Sequence record: NZ_LR134467.1
Strand: one strand, 5' to 3'
Length of the DNA stretch: 64,000 nucleotides
From: a plasmid
Shown piece after piece: positions 52,242 through 62,462 of the stretch. The notes under the pieces were generated by a model that ran no database searches, was not told the DNA's origin, and saw nothing but the letters and a program-made list of their open reading frames with translations. Position 1 is the stretch's first letter, and the number at the start of each line of letters is the position of its first letter. The position numbers were made by a program, and so were the translations under genes.

Positions 52242-53308
52242 TGCGGCACCGCCCGCGCGACGAGGTCGGCGACCGCCCGCGCCACCCGCGGCGCGGCCTC
52301 GAGGATGAGCATGTGCCCCGTGTCGGCGAGCACGATCAGCTCGGAGTCGAGCTCGTCGGCGAGGGCCTGCGACTTGCGCAGCGGCGTCATCCAGTCGTGG
52401 TCGCCGCACACCACCGACGTGGCGATCCGGCGCAGCACGGGCAGCGCGGCCCGCTCGTCGTAGTCCTCCAGCGCGGGCATGAAACCCGCGTAGGTACCGA
52501 GCGGCGCGGACAGGCTCATGGTCGACGAGAACTCGGTCATCGTCGCGCTCCGGTCGCCGGGCGCGTACGCACCGGCGGTGATGAACGGCGTCGCGATCGG
52601 CTTGATCGCCTCGCGGCCCCGGCCGACCACCGAGGGCAGGAAGCGGATCGCGGCGCGCACCACGTCGAGCACCGGATTCCGCAGCGCCGCAGCCAGTCCC
52701 CCGTCGGTCAGGGCGTGCGAGGCCGTTCCCAGCAGCGAGGCGCCCACCACCCGGGTGCCGATCAGTTCCGGGTAGCCCGTGGCGAACCCGCAGATCGCCA
52801 TGCCGCCCATCGAATGGCCCACGAGCACGACCGGCCCCTCGGGCACCAGGGCACGCAGCACTGTGGCGATGTCGTCGCCGAGCAGGGCGACGGTGCTCTG
52901 CTCGGGGGTGCATCCGCCGGAGTCGCCGTGGCCGCGGCAGTCGGGGAAGACCATGCGCACGTCGTCGCCCCAGCGGGCCCGCAGCTCGTTCCGCACCAGC
53001 ACCCACGACGCGGTGCGCAGCGTGAAGCCGTGCACGAACAGCACCGTCACCGGGGCGGTCCGGGGGCCGACCTCGCGGACGTGCAGGGGCACCCCGTCGG
53101 GGCTCATGACGATCGACTCCCGGTCGGCGCGGAACACCAGGTCGTCCGGAGCGACGGGGTCGTCTCCCGCGCCGCGGACACCGAGAACCCGTGCGGCGGC
53201 AGCGATCCCCGTCAGGGCCGCGACGGCGACGCCGGTGCCGAGCCCGGCCAGCAGGGCCGGCCCGGGCAGGCGCTCGGGGATGTGGATGCGGCCGCGGTCG
53301 TCGTTCAC
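52238..53308 (-). CDS. alpha/beta hydrolase
   Basis: GHSMGG nucleophile elbow, HGF oxyanion motif. GTGA overlap with the alr stop. Confidence 0.75.
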   Translation of the reverse strand: MNDDRGRIHIPERLPGPALLAGLGTGVAVAALTGIAAAARVLGVRGAGDDPVAPDDLVFRADRESIVMSPDGVPLHVREVGPRTAPVTVLFVHGFTLRTASWVLVRNELRARWGDDVRMVFPDCRGHGDSGGCTPEQSTVALLGDDIATVLRALVPEGPVVLVGHSMGGMAICGFATGYPELIGTRVVGASLLGTASHALTDGGLAAALRNPVLDVVRAAIRFLPSVVGRGREAIKPIATPFITAGAYAPGDRSATMTEFSSTMSLSAPLGTYAGFMPALEDYDERAALPVLRRIATSVVCGDHDWMTPLRKSQALADELDSELIVLADTGHMLILEAAPRVARAVADLVARAVPQ

Positions 53309-54444
53309 AGGTCCCCCGTGTAGGTGCGGACGGCGCGCCCGCGCACGCCGGTGAGGATCTCGTAGTCGATGGTGCCGACCTGCTCCGCCCAGTCGGCGGC
53401 GACGTCGGCGCCGGGCGCCTCGCCGAAGAGGACGGCGGTGTCGCCCTCGGAGACCCCGCCGCCGTCGGGTCCGAGGTCGATCACGCTCTGGTCCATGCAG
53501 ACCCGGCCGACCTGCGGGAACCGGCGGCCGCCGATCGCCACCTCGATCCGGCCGCTGAGCGGGCGCCACACGCCGTCGGCGTAGCCGGCCGGGATCAGCC
53601 CGACGACGGTGTCGCGCGGCGCGATCCAGCTGTGCCCGTAGCTCACCCCGTCGCCCTGGCGGATCCGCTTGATCAGGATCACGGGGGCGGCGAAGGTCAT
53701 CGCGGGCCGCAGCCCGAAGTCCCTGCCGGGCACCGGCACTCCGCCGTAGAGGGCGATGCCGGGGCGCACGAGGTCGAAGTGCAGGTCGGGGCGGGTGAGC
53801 GCGGCGGCGGAGTTCGCGGCGTGGACCTGCGTCGGCGTCAGGCCGTGCGCGCGGGCGTCGGCGACGGTGGCGGCCAGCGCATCGCGCTGCACGTCGAGGA
53901 ACGGGTGCTCCGGCTCGTCGCCGTGCGCGAGGTGGGTGAAGACGCCCTGCAGCTCGACGGTGCCGGCCCGCTCGGCCTCGAGGAGCGCGTCGCGGGTGGC
54001 GGCCCACTCCGCCGCGGCGACGCCGTTGCGGCTGAGCCCGGTGTCGACCTTGACGTGGACGGTCGCGGGCCGCCCGACGTTCTTCGCCGCGGCCACGACC
54101 GCCGCCAGCTGGCGCGGGGAGCTGACGCCGATCCGCACGCCGGCGTCGATGGCGCGCTCGAAGCCGGTCGTGCTGAGCCAGCTGAGCAGCGGGACGGTGA
54201 CGCCGTCTTCGCGCAGCGCGACGGCCTCGTCGACGGTGGTCACGCCGATCTCCGTGGCGCCGCCCGCGAGGACGGCCCGCGCGACGGGCAGCGCGCCGTG
54301 CCCGTAGGCGTCGGCCTTGAGCACGGCCATCACCGCGGCCCCCGGTGCGTGGTCGGCGACGATCCGCGTGTTGTGCGCGACCGCGCCCAGGTCGATCTGC
54401 GCGGTTAGTCGCTCCAGCCCGGTCGCGGGAATCGTTGTCTTCAT
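53305..54444 (-). CDS. alr: alanine racemase
   Basis: PLP-Lys motif VLKADAYGHG. 379 aa. Confidence 0.9.
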   Translation of the reverse strand: MKTTIPATGLERLTAQIDLGAVAHNTRIVADHAPGAAVMAVLKADAYGHGALPVARAVLAGGATEIGVTTVDEAVALREDGVTVPLLSWLSTTGFERAIDAGVRIGVSSPRQLAAVVAAAKNVGRPATVHVKVDTGLSRNGVAAAEWAATRDALLEAERAGTVELQGVFTHLAHGDEPEHPFLDVQRDALAATVADARAHGLTPTQVHAANSAAALTRPDLHFDLVRPGIALYGGVPVPGRDFGLRPAMTFAAPVILIKRIRQGDGVSYGHSWIAPRDTVVGLIPAGYADGVWRPLSGRIEVAIGGRRFPQVGRVCMDQSVIDLGPDGGGVSEGDTAVLFGEAPGADVAADWAEQVGTIDYEILTGVRGRAVRTYTGDL

Positions 54445-54457
54445 GGCGCTGCTCAGC

Positions 54458-55873
54458 CTAGTCGCGCAGCACGACGCGCAGGACGCCCGGCACCGCCGCG
54501 CTGATCGCGGCGGCGTGCGTCGGGGCGCCGTCGGCGGCGCGGGCCGCGGCGAGTCCGTGCACCCGCGCGGCGCAGGCGGCCGCGGCGAGCGGGGCGAGCC
54601 CGGAGGCGAGGAGCTTGCCGACGAGCCCGGTCAGCACGTCGCCCGAGCCGGGCGTCGCCGCCCACGACGAGCCGGCGGTGTCGGCCACGACGGTGCCGTC
54701 GGGGGCCGCGATGACGGTGACGTGCCCCTTGAGCAGGACGGTCGCGTCGAGCTCGCGGGCCGCCTCCCGCACGGCCGCGACCCGGTCGTTGCCGACGGGG
54801 CCCACGAGCCGGGCGAACTCCCCCGCGTGCGGGGTGAGCACCGTCGGCGCGGAGCGGCCCGCGAGCAGGCCCGGGTGCTCGGCGAGCAGCGTGAGGGCGT
54901 CCGCGTCGAGCACCGTCGGGAGGTCCTGGTCGAGCACGCGGGCCAGACGGTCCGCGGCGGCACCGTCGACGCCCATGCCCGGGCCGGCGGCCCAGGCCTG
55001 CACCCGCCCGGCGTCCGCGACGTCGTCGCTCGCGACCGCCTCCGGCCAGGCGGCGAGCACCGCGTCGCGGGCGGTGCCGGCGTACCGGACCATGCCCGAC
55101 GTCGCGCGGATCGCCGCGCCCGTCGCCAGCACGCCGGCGCCCGGGTAGGTCGCGCCGCCGGCGACGACGCCGAGCACGCCGAGGCTGTACTTGTCGTCGG
55201 CGGGGCCGGGGACGGGCCAGAGCGCGGCCAGGTCGGCGTCGTCGTAGGCGAGCAGCTCGCCCGCGCTCCGGTCGGAGGGGAACGCGAGGCCGATGTCGAT
55301 CAGCTCGATCCGGCCGCAGCGGGCGGGGGCGAGCGCGTGCACGGGTTTGAGGGCACCGAAGGCGACGGTGACGGCGGCGGAGACGGCCGGGCCGTGCACG
55401 ACGCCGGTGCGGACGTCGACGCCCGACGGGGTGTCCGCCGCGACGATCGGCGCGGTGATCCCGGCGACGAGGTCCGCGGCCTCCGGGCGGAGGGCGCCGC
55501 GGGCGCTGATCCCGACGATGCCGTCGACCACGAGGTCCGGGCGGCGGGGCGCGCCGACGATGCGGCCGCCCGCGCGGCGCAGCGCCCGCAGACCCGCGGC
55601 GTGAGCGCGGTCGGGCGCCAGCAGCACCGCCTCGACCGCGACGCCACGGCGCCGCAGGAACGCGCCGGCGAACAGCGCATCGCCGCCGTTGTCGCCGGAG
55701 CCCACGAGCAGCGTCACGCGCCGCCCCGCGGTGCCGCCCGTCCGCGCGGCCAGTTCCGCCGCGCAGACACCCGCGAGGCCGTGGGCGGCGCGGCGCATGA
55801 GGGCACCGTCGGGCAGGACGGCGAGGAGCGGAGCCTCCGCCGCACGCACGGAGTCGGGGTGGTGATAGTGCCG
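54458..55873 (-). CDS. nnr: bifunctional NAD(P)H-hydrate repair enzyme Nnr (epimerase + ADP-dependent dehydratase)
   Basis: YjeF-N (VLLVGSGDNGGDALFAG) and YjeF-C/carbohydrate kinase (GPGMG, LTPHAGEFARL) domains. Start codon uncertain. Confidence 0.7.
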   Translation of the reverse strand, partial: RHYHHPDSVRAAEAPLLAVLPDGALMRRAAHGLAGVCAAELAARTGGTAGRRVTLLVGSGDNGGDALFAGAFLRRRGVAVEAVLLAPDRAHAAGLRALRRAGGRIVGAPRRPDLVVDGIVGISARGALRPEAADLVAGITAPIVAADTPSGVDVRTGVVHGPAVSAAVTVAFGALKPVHALAPARCGRIELIDIGLAFPSDRSAGELLAYDDADLAALWPVPGPADDKYSLGVLGVVAGGATYPGAGVLATGAAIRATSGMVRYAGTARDAVLAAWPEAVASDDVADAGRVQAWAAGPGMGVDGAAADRLARVLDQDLPTVLDADALTLLAEHPGLLAGRSAPTVLTPHAGEFARLVGPVGNDRVAAVREAARELDATVLLKGHVTVIAAPDGTVVADTAGSSWAATPGSGDVLTGLVGKLLASGLAPLAAAACAARVHGLAAARAADGAPTHAAAISAAVPGVLRVVLRD

Positions 55874-55904
55874 CACGCCGCCACGGTACGGCAGATCGGC
55901 TAAC

Positions 55905-56759
55905 GTGAGCGGCGTGACGGATGCGAACAAGCTGGTGAAGCAGTTGCAGCGCCGCGGCCCGCACCGCGTGCTCAAGGGCGACCTGGGCGTCGCGGGCCTG
56001 CCCGGCGTGATCTACACGCCCGAGAGCGGCTCGAACCTGCCTGCGGTGGCGTTCGCGCACGACTGGCTGACCCCGTCGAAGAGGTACACCAAGACGCTGC
56101 AGCACCTGGCCTCCTGGGGCCTGGTCGTGGCGGCCCCGGACACCGAGGGCGGCATGCTCGCCTCCGACGGGCGCCTCGCGATCGACCTGGGCACCGCGCT
56201 CGACGTGATCACCGAGGTCCGCCTCGGCGACGGCGCCATCACCGTCAACAAGGCCAAGCGCGCCGCGGTCGGGCACGGCTGGGGCACCGGTGCGGCGCTC
56301 ATCGCGGCCGCCGCGGACTCGCGCATCGAGTGGCTGTCCGCGCTGTTCCCGGCGCCCACCTCGCCGCAGGCCGAGAAGGCGTCGACCGGCACCCACGCGA
56401 ACGCGCTGATCCTGGGCGCGCCCGGCGACGAGCACTCCATGACCTCCAACGCCGGCGTCCTCTCGCTGCGCTACGCGGGCCCGACGGAGCTGCGGATCGT
56501 GCCCGGCGCCGAGCCCGGCGGCCTGGCGGAGGGCATCTCACTGCGCGGCGCGCTCGGCGCGGGCGGCTCCGACAAATCGACGCAGAAGATGGTCCGCGCG
56601 CTGCTCACCGGCTACCTGCTCGGCGGACTCGCCGACGACAAGGAGTACAAGGTCTTCACCGAGGTCGGCGCCGACCTGGGCGACAGCTCCTACGTGTGGG
56701 ACCCGAACGCGGAGCCCGAGCAGCCCAGCGCGTTGCAGCGCCTGCGCAGCCTGGCCTGA
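55905..56759 (+). CDS. alpha/beta hydrolase-fold protein (dienelactone-hydrolase-like)
   Basis: GHGWG nucleophile-elbow-like motif. 284 aa. Confidence 0.55.
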   Translation: MSGVTDANKLVKQLQRRGPHRVLKGDLGVAGLPGVIYTPESGSNLPAVAFAHDWLTPSKRYTKTLQHLASWGLVVAAPDTEGGMLASDGRLAIDLGTALDVITEVRLGDGAITVNKAKRAAVGHGWGTGAALIAAAADSRIEWLSALFPAPTSPQAEKASTGTHANALILGAPGDEHSMTSNAGVLSLRYAGPTELRIVPGAEPGGLAEGISLRGALGAGGSDKSTQKMVRALLTGYLLGGLADDKEYKVFTEVGADLGDSSYVWDPNAEPEQPSALQRLRSLA

Positions 56760-56769
56760 GATCCCGCGC

Positions 56770-56955
56770 TCAGCCCGCGCTGAGCCACGACTCCGGCTGC
56801 TCCGTGCGCGTGATCACGGGGATCGGCCGGGTGATCTCCGCCGGCGCCGGCGCGACGCCCGCGACGCGCAGGAGCTCGTCGAACAGGTCCTGTCGCTCGG
56901 CGATGCGGATCGCGCGGGCGTGGTCCTCGGGGTGCGGGTCGGTGCTGCTCACGGG
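56770..56955 (-). CDS. possible small protein (61 aa)
   Basis: Short ORF with GTG start in the convergent gap. Weak support only. Confidence 0.2.
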   Translation of the reverse strand, partial: PVSSTDPHPEDHARAIRIAERQDLFDELLRVAGVAPAPAEITRPIPVITRTEQPESWLSAG

Positions 56956-56960
56956 TCCTC

Positions 56961-58601
56961 CTAACTGCCGCTGACGGCGAATTCGGCGCCGGTGCCCTGG
57001 TCCGCGGATTCGCCGGGCGGGCACGGCTCCTCCGCGGGTGCGGTGTCCTGCGCGCCGGTGTTCGAGGGCTTCGCCGGGGCGACCGGTGCCACCGGTACAC
57101 CGGGGCTCGGCGTGGCCGACGGGGTCGCGCCGCCACCGGTCGACGGAGCCGGCGTGGTTCCGCCGCCCGTGCCGGACGGGGACGCGGCCGCCGGCGTCGC
57201 ACCGCCGCCGGTTCCGGCATCGTTCTGCGTCGCTGGCTTCGCGTCGGCCGGCTTCGCGTCGCCGGCCTTGCCCGTGCCGTCCTCGCCCTTATCGGCGCCG
57301 CCCTTGGCACCGTCCTCGGCGTCGACCGCGGTGAGCTTGCCGTCCTCGCCGACCTTGAGGGTGGCCTTCTCGGCGACCGTGCCGTCCGGCTTCTTGGCGG
57401 TCACCTCCACGGTCTTGCCGTCAGGGCTGAGTGTCGCGGTGACGGTGCGGCCGAGGGCGTCGACGCCGAGCACCTTCTCGCCCTTGGCGTCCTTGTCCCC
57501 CGCCTTGTCGGCGTCCTTGTCGCCGGTCTTGTCCGCGTTCGTGCCGTCGCCGGTCTTGTCCTTGTCACCCAGGCCGAGCTGCTCCGCGATCTTCGGGAGC
57601 AGCTGCGAGAGCCACGACGGGGTGCCGCTGCCCGTGCCCGCTCCAGTTCCCGTGCCGGTGCTGGGCGTCGCGCTCGACGGGGTGGTGCTCGCGCCCGTCG
57701 TGGTGGGCGTCGTCGTGCCGGTCGTCGTGGGGCTGGTGGTCGTCGGGCTCGTGGTGGTGGGGCTGGTCGACGTCGGGGACGGGCTCGTCGACGTCGGGGA
57801 CGTGCTGGACGGCGACGACGTCGTGGGCGACCCGCTGCCGCCCCCGCCGCCTCCGCTGGTGGCCGGCGACGCGGTGGTCGGGCTGGTCGTGGTCTGCGTG
57901 GAGGTCGCCGTGATCGTGCCGAACGACGGGGCCGGGAACGCCGACGCGTCGATGCCCTTGGCCGCCGCCGGCACGCTCGCGTAGGCGGCCTGGACGGCGG
58001 AGACAGCGGTCGCGTTGATCTGGTCGAAGCGGGCGAGGTCCTGCGCGAGCTGCGCTTCGAACCGCTCGCGGGAGCGCGCATTGAGTTCGACCAACGATGC
58101 GACTCCCGGAACCACCAGACCCGCGACCCGCATCACGCCCACCCATACGCCGGCGTCCGCTTCCTTCGAAGCGAACTCGCTGAGCGCGTCCGTCTTCGTC
58201 TTCACCGCGGACAGGACCGCGCCCGGTACCGACTCCGCCGCGGTCGCGGTCCTCTCGAGGACCGTGGCCACCGGCTCGCTCCGCTTCTGCTGTGCGTCCA
58301 GGGTCGTCACGGCGGCGCGTCCGGCATTGTCGGGCCAAGCCGTCTGCACGCTCGTACGCGCCGCGGACTGGTCCGTGACGGCCTGGCGCGCGGCCGTGGC
58401 CTGCTGCCGCAGCATGACCGCATCGCCTCGCAGAGATGCGAGATCGATGCCCCGCTCGTTGTCGTAGTCACGGCACACGTGATCACGCCAATCGGGCCAT
58501 GTCTTCTGCGACAACCACTTCGCGATATCGAGCATCGCCTTGAAGTACTGCAGGCAATCCGCACCCGCGTCGAGCATCTGATCGACGGTCTGCTCCGCCA
58601 C
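56961..58601 (-). CDS. Ala/Thr/Pro-rich protein with N-terminal helical domain (Rv3439c-like)
   Basis: 546 aa. Structured N-terminal 230 aa, then (SPT/TTSP)n and (GDKD/K)n low-complexity repeats. Confidence 0.7.
   Translation of the reverse strand: MAEQTVDQMLDAGADCLQYFKAMLDIAKWLSQKTWPDWRDHVCRDYDNERGIDLASLRGDAVMLRQQATAARQAVTDQSAARTSVQTAWPDNAGRAAVTTLDAQQKRSEPVATVLERTATAAESVPGAVLSAVKTKTDALSEFASKEADAGVWVGVMRVAGLVVPGVASLVELNARSRERFEAQLAQDLARFDQINATAVSAVQAAYASVPAAAKGIDASAFPAPSFGTITATSTQTTTSPTTASPATSGGGGGGSGSPTTSSPSSTSPTSTSPSPTSTSPTTTSPTTTSPTTTGTTTPTTTGASTTPSSATPSTGTGTGAGTGSGTPSWLSQLLPKIAEQLGLGDKDKTGDGTNADKTGDKDADKAGDKDAKGEKVLGVDALGRTVTATLSPDGKTVEVTAKKPDGTVAEKATLKVGEDGKLTAVDAEDGAKGGADKGEDGTGKAGDAKPADAKPATQNDAGTGGGATPAAASPSGTGGGTTPAPSTGGGATPSATPSPGVPVAPVAPAKPSNTGAQDTAPAEEPCPPGESADQGTGAEFAVSGS
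57640..57860. repeat. tandem imperfect repeats encoding SPTST/TTSPT array
   Basis: Seen directly in sequence (GTCGTGGGGCTGGTGGTCGTCGGGCTCGTGGTGGTGGGGCTGG...). Confidence 0.65.
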
Positions 58602-58604
58602 GGA

Positions 58605-58901
58605 TCAGGCCCCGGTGACGGCGGCGGCGCCGCTCTCGTCGGTGGTCTTGTGCGCCGACGCCGAGGTGGTCAGCCCGGTACCGCAGGCACGCGAGCCCAC
58701 CTGCCAGGCGTCGGCGCCCTTCGCGAGGCTCTCCATGGTGGCGGCGTAGGCGGCACCGTCGGACTGGTACTTCCGGCCGAAGTCACCGGACTCGGCGGTG
58801 AATCCGCGGATCCGGCCGGCGACGGTGCCGAGGTTGTCGGCCACCGTCGAGTACGTACCGCCGGCCGCGCTCACCGCGGCCGCGTCGATCTTCGTGCCCA
58901 T
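58605..58901 (-). CDS. small conserved hypothetical protein (Rv3440c-like), 4-nt upstream of the Ala/Thr/Pro-rich gene
   Basis: 98 aa ORF, tightly coupled to the downstream gene. Confidence 0.55.
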   Translation of the reverse strand: MGTKIDAAAVSAAGGTYSTVADNLGTVAGRIRGFTAESGDFGRKYQSDGAAYAATMESLAKGADAWQVGSRACGTGLTTSASAHKTTDESGAAAVTGA

Positions 58902-58972
58902 GCGATCCCCCTCGCTGCGACGTCCCCTTACTCATTGGACGCACCAGCGGGCGGATCGGTTCCCGCGGATCC

Positions 58973-59683
58973 TCAGATCGCGCCGGCGGCGCGCACCGCG
59001 TCGAGCAGGCCGGCCGGGCGGGCGTCGACGGGCAGCGGCTCGACCTGCGCGAACCCGCAGCCGATGGCGCGGGAGGCACCGTCGGCCTCGGCGCTGTCGC
59101 CGACCATGAGCACCCGCTCCGGGGGCAGCCCGAGCGCGGCGGTGGCGGCGTGGAAGACCGCGAGGTCGGGCTTGGCGTGGCCCACCTCGAAGGAGAGGAC
59201 GAACTGGTCGACGAGGTCGGCGATGCCCTCGCGCTCGAACGCGGGGCGGATGTCGTAGCCGATGTTGGAGAGCACGCCCACGGTGAGGCCGGCGTCGCGC
59301 GCCGCCCGCAGCACCGCGGCGGTGTCGGGGTAGATCGTCCAGTTCAGCGGGTTCGAGAACTCGCCGTAGAGCCGCTCCCGCTCGGCCGCGTCGGCGATGC
59401 CGGAATGCTCGAGGATGTGCAGGTAGGCGTCGCGGTGGTCGGCGGAGGACAGATCCCTCGCGTGCCAGGTGCGCAGCGCCTCACCCTCCATCGGGACGGG
59501 CGGCCCGACCGGCACCGTCATCCGGTGCAACAGCTCGCGCTGGGCCGCATCGTCGAGGATGCGCCCCTCGGCGTCGGCGAGCCCCGCGAACCACGCCGGG
59601 TCCGGCTCCAGCCGGAACAGCGTCCCCGAGAAGTCGAACAGCACACCGGCGTAGCCGGTCCCACCCGATGTCATAGGCCCCAC
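58973..59683 (-). CDS. HAD-family hydrolase
   Basis: Motif I DFSGTL, motif III/IV (MVGDSAEAD). Confidence 0.75.
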   Translation of the reverse strand: MGPMTSGGTGYAGVLFDFSGTLFRLEPDPAWFAGLADAEGRILDDAAQRELLHRMTVPVGPPVPMEGEALRTWHARDLSSADHRDAYLHILEHSGIADAAERERLYGEFSNPLNWTIYPDTAAVLRAARDAGLTVGVLSNIGYDIRPAFEREGIADLVDQFVLSFEVGHAKPDLAVFHAATAALGLPPERVLMVGDSAEADGASRAIGCGFAQVEPLPVDARPAGLLDAVRAAGAI

Positions 59684-59730
59684 GCTACCGGGTATGAAAA
59701 CGTTTCGACAACACGCTCCGGAACCGGCCG

Positions 59731-61065
59731 TCAGGAGATGAGACCCGCGAGCCGCTCCGCGGTGCCGCGGGCGACCTCCTCGGTGGGCGCCTCGACCATG
59801 ACGCGGACCAGCGGCTCCGTCCCCGACGGGCGCAGCAGGATCCGGCCGGCCTCGCCGAGCGCGGCCTCCTCCGCGGCCAGCGCCGTGACCAGGTCCGCGG
59901 AGGCCATCGCCGCGGCCTTGTCGATCACGCGCACGTTCACGAGCACCTGCGGCAACACCGTGAGCACCGACGCCAGCTCGGCGAGCGACGAGCCCGTCTG
60001 CGCCATCCGCTCCATGATCTTCAGGCCCGTGAGCACGCCGTCGCCCGTGGTGCCGAGCGCCGGCAGCACGACGTGCCCGGACTGCTCGCCGCCCAGGGCG
60101 TAGCCGCCGTTGCGCAGCTCCTCGAGGACGTACCGGTCGCCCACGGCGGCGGTGCGCAGGGTGATGCCCGCGGCCTTCATCGCGAGGTGCAGGCCGAGGT
60201 TGCTCATGACCGTCGCGACGAGGGTGTGGTCGGTGAGCTCGCCGGCCTCGTCCATCGCGATCGCGAGGATCGCCATGATGGCGTCGCCGTCGACGGTCCG
60301 CCCGTTCGCGTCGATGGCGAGGCAGCGGTCGGCGTCACCGTCGTGCCCGAGGCCCAGGTCGGCCTCGTGCGCCAGCACCGCCGCGCGCAGGCCCTCCAGA
60401 TGCGTGGAGCCGCAGTCGCGGTTGATGTTGAGGCCGTCGGGATCGTCGTGGATCGCGATCACCTCGGCGCCCGCGTCGCGATAGGCCTTCGCGGCCACCG
60501 TCGAGGCGGCGCCGTTGGCGGCGTCGACGACCACCTTCAGACCGGCGAGGGGGACGTGGACGGCCGACTCCAGGTGCGCGACGTACCGGTCGACGGCGTC
60601 GAAGGCGCGCTTGACGCGGCCGATCGCGGCGCCCGTCGGGCGCGGCGGGGCGGGATCGTCGAGGGCCGCCTCGATGGCGTCCTCCTGCGCGTCCTCCAGC
60701 TTGTGCCCGCCGCGGGTGAAGAACTTGATGCCGTTGTCCGGCATGGGATTGTGCGAGGCGGAGATCATCACGCCGAGCGCGGCGTCGTACTCGGCCACCA
60801 GGTGCGCGACGGCGGGCGTGGGCATCACGCCCACGAGCAGCACGTCGACGCCGGCGCTGGTCAGGCCCGCGGAGACCGCCGCGGAGAGCATCTCCGACGA
60901 TGCCCTCGGGTCCCAGCCGACGACCGCGAACGGCCGATCCCGGCCCTCGAGATCGTGGGCGCCGAGCACGGCCGCCGCGGCGGCGGACAGCTTCAGCGCC
61001 AGGTCGGCGGTCAGATCCTTGTTGGCCAGGCCGCGCACACCGTCGGTCCCGAACAGACGCCCCAT
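59731..61065 (-). CDS. glmM: phosphoglucosamine mutase
   Basis: Active-site SASHNP. 444 aa canonical GlmM. Confidence 0.95.
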   Translation of the reverse strand: MGRLFGTDGVRGLANKDLTADLALKLSAAAAAVLGAHDLEGRDRPFAVVGWDPRASSEMLSAAVSAGLTSAGVDVLLVGVMPTPAVAHLVAEYDAALGVMISASHNPMPDNGIKFFTRGGHKLEDAQEDAIEAALDDPAPPRPTGAAIGRVKRAFDAVDRYVAHLESAVHVPLAGLKVVVDAANGAASTVAAKAYRDAGAEVIAIHDDPDGLNINRDCGSTHLEGLRAAVLAHEADLGLGHDGDADRCLAIDANGRTVDGDAIMAILAIAMDEAGELTDHTLVATVMSNLGLHLAMKAAGITLRTAAVGDRYVLEELRNGGYALGGEQSGHVVLPALGTTGDGVLTGLKIMERMAQTGSSLAELASVLTVLPQVLVNVRVIDKAAAMASADLVTALAAEEAALGEAGRILLRPSGTEPLVRVMVEAPTEEVARGTAERLAGLIS

Positions 61066-61165
61066 GGGTCATACCTCGCTAGAGAAAGAAGAGGGAGGAG
61101 GCGAGCCGGCCCCGCAGCCGGTCGCACGCGCCGCCATGACGGCGGCGAAGAAGGTGGAAACGAGA

Positions 61166-61205
61166 CCAGGGCAGGCGCCCGCACGGATGCGGGTGCCTGC
61201 CCTGG
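61166..61205 (-). terminator. 18-bp-stem hairpin downstream of rpsI
   Basis: CCAGGGCAGGCGCCCGCA / TGCGGGTGCCTGCCCTGG (one G-U). Confidence 0.55.
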
Positions 61206-61218
61206 TGAGAGGCTGCAA

Positions 61219-61725
61219 TCAGCGCTTGCTGTACTGCGAGGCCTTACGGGCCTTCTTCAGGCCGTACTTCTTGCGCTCGACGGCACGCGGGTCACGCGTG
61301 AGGAAGCCGGCGCGCTTGAGCGCGGGACGGTCCTCGGGCGAGACCTCGATCAGCGCGCGGGCGATGGCGAGGCGCAGCGCGCCCGCCTGGCCCGACGGGC
61401 CGCCACCGGAGAGGTTCGCGGCGATGTCGAAGGACTCGAGGCGCTCGACGGTGTTCAGCGGATCCTTCACCAGCTGCTGGTGCAGCTTGTTGGGGAAGTA
61501 GTCCTCGATGGTGCGGCCGTTCAGCACGAAGTTGCCGGTACCGGCGGTCAGACGCACCCGAACCACGGCCTCCTTGCGGCGGCCGACGGTCTGGATGGGG
61601 CGGTCGATGACCACGGGGCCACGGGGGGCGCGGGTCTCGGCCGAGGCCGCCTCGGGGGTCTCCGAGGTGTACTCGTTGGGAACGACCTCGGCGTCGGACT
61701 CGTTGTTCTCGATCGTGTCGCTCAC
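61219..61725 (-). CDS. rpsI: 30S ribosomal protein S9
   Basis: C-terminal [17 protein letters not shown] start adjacent to the rplM stop. Confidence 0.9.
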   Translation of the reverse strand: MSDTIENNESDAEVVPNEYTSETPEAASAETRAPRGPVVIDRPIQTVGRRKEAVVRVRLTAGTGNFVLNGRTIEDYFPNKLHQQLVKDPLNTVERLESFDIAANLSGGGPSGQAGALRLAIARALIEVSPEDRPALKRAGFLTRDPRAVERKKYGLKKARKASQYSKR

Positions 61726-62171
61726 TGCTGCGCCACCTGCTTGATCTCGTAGGGAACCGGCTGCTGCGCGGTGTGGGGGTGGTTCGGGCCGGCGTAGACC
61801 TTCAGCTTGCCGCCGATGGCGCTGCCCAGCTTGTTCTTCGGGATCATGCCCAGAACAGCCTTCTGCACCACGCGCTCCGGGTTCTTGGAGCCGAGGACCT
61901 CGCTGATGGTGCGCGAGCTCAGGCCGCCCGGGAAGCCCGAGTGGCGGTAGTGCCGCTTGTCGGTGAGCTTGGCGCCCGACAGGGCGACCTTCTCGGCGTT
62001 GATGATGATGACGTAGTCGCCGCTGTCCACGTTGGGGGCGTAGGTCGGCTTGTGCTTGCCGCGCAGCAGGTTGGCAGCTGCGACGGCGAGGCGGCCGAGC
62101 ACCACGTCGGATGCGTCGATGACGTGCCACTGCCGGGTCACGTCACCCGCCTTCGGGGTGTAAGTAGGCAC
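61722..62171 (-). CDS. rplM: 50S ribosomal protein L13
   Basis: [20 protein letters not shown] canonical L13 N-terminus. Confidence 0.9.
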   Translation of the reverse strand: MPTYTPKAGDVTRQWHVIDASDVVLGRLAVAAANLLRGKHKPTYAPNVDSGDYVIIINAEKVALSGAKLTDKRHYRHSGFPGGLSSRTISEVLGSKNPERVVQKAVLGMIPKNKLGSAIGGKLKVYAGPNHPHTAQQPVPYEIKQVAQQ

Positions 62172-62462
62172 AGGAGATCCTCTGCTCGATGGTTCGGTGC
62201 CGGTCCATGCGTGACGAGAGCACTCCCGGCGACCAACGGAGACCCGGGACCCGACTCCGCATCGCCCTCGATCTTCCGACCACAGGGCAGCACGGCGCCA
62301 CACACCAGCGGACCAGAGTACGCGGGTGCCCCGCCGCAGGTCAAAACGGGCGGATCGGGGTGACCGGCCCACCGCCCCGTGCCCGACGGTGCCGCACATC
62401 AGGGTCCGGTAGGGGGCTTTCCCGGATGTGGCCGGGCACCGTCGGGAAATAGCTTCGAGGAC

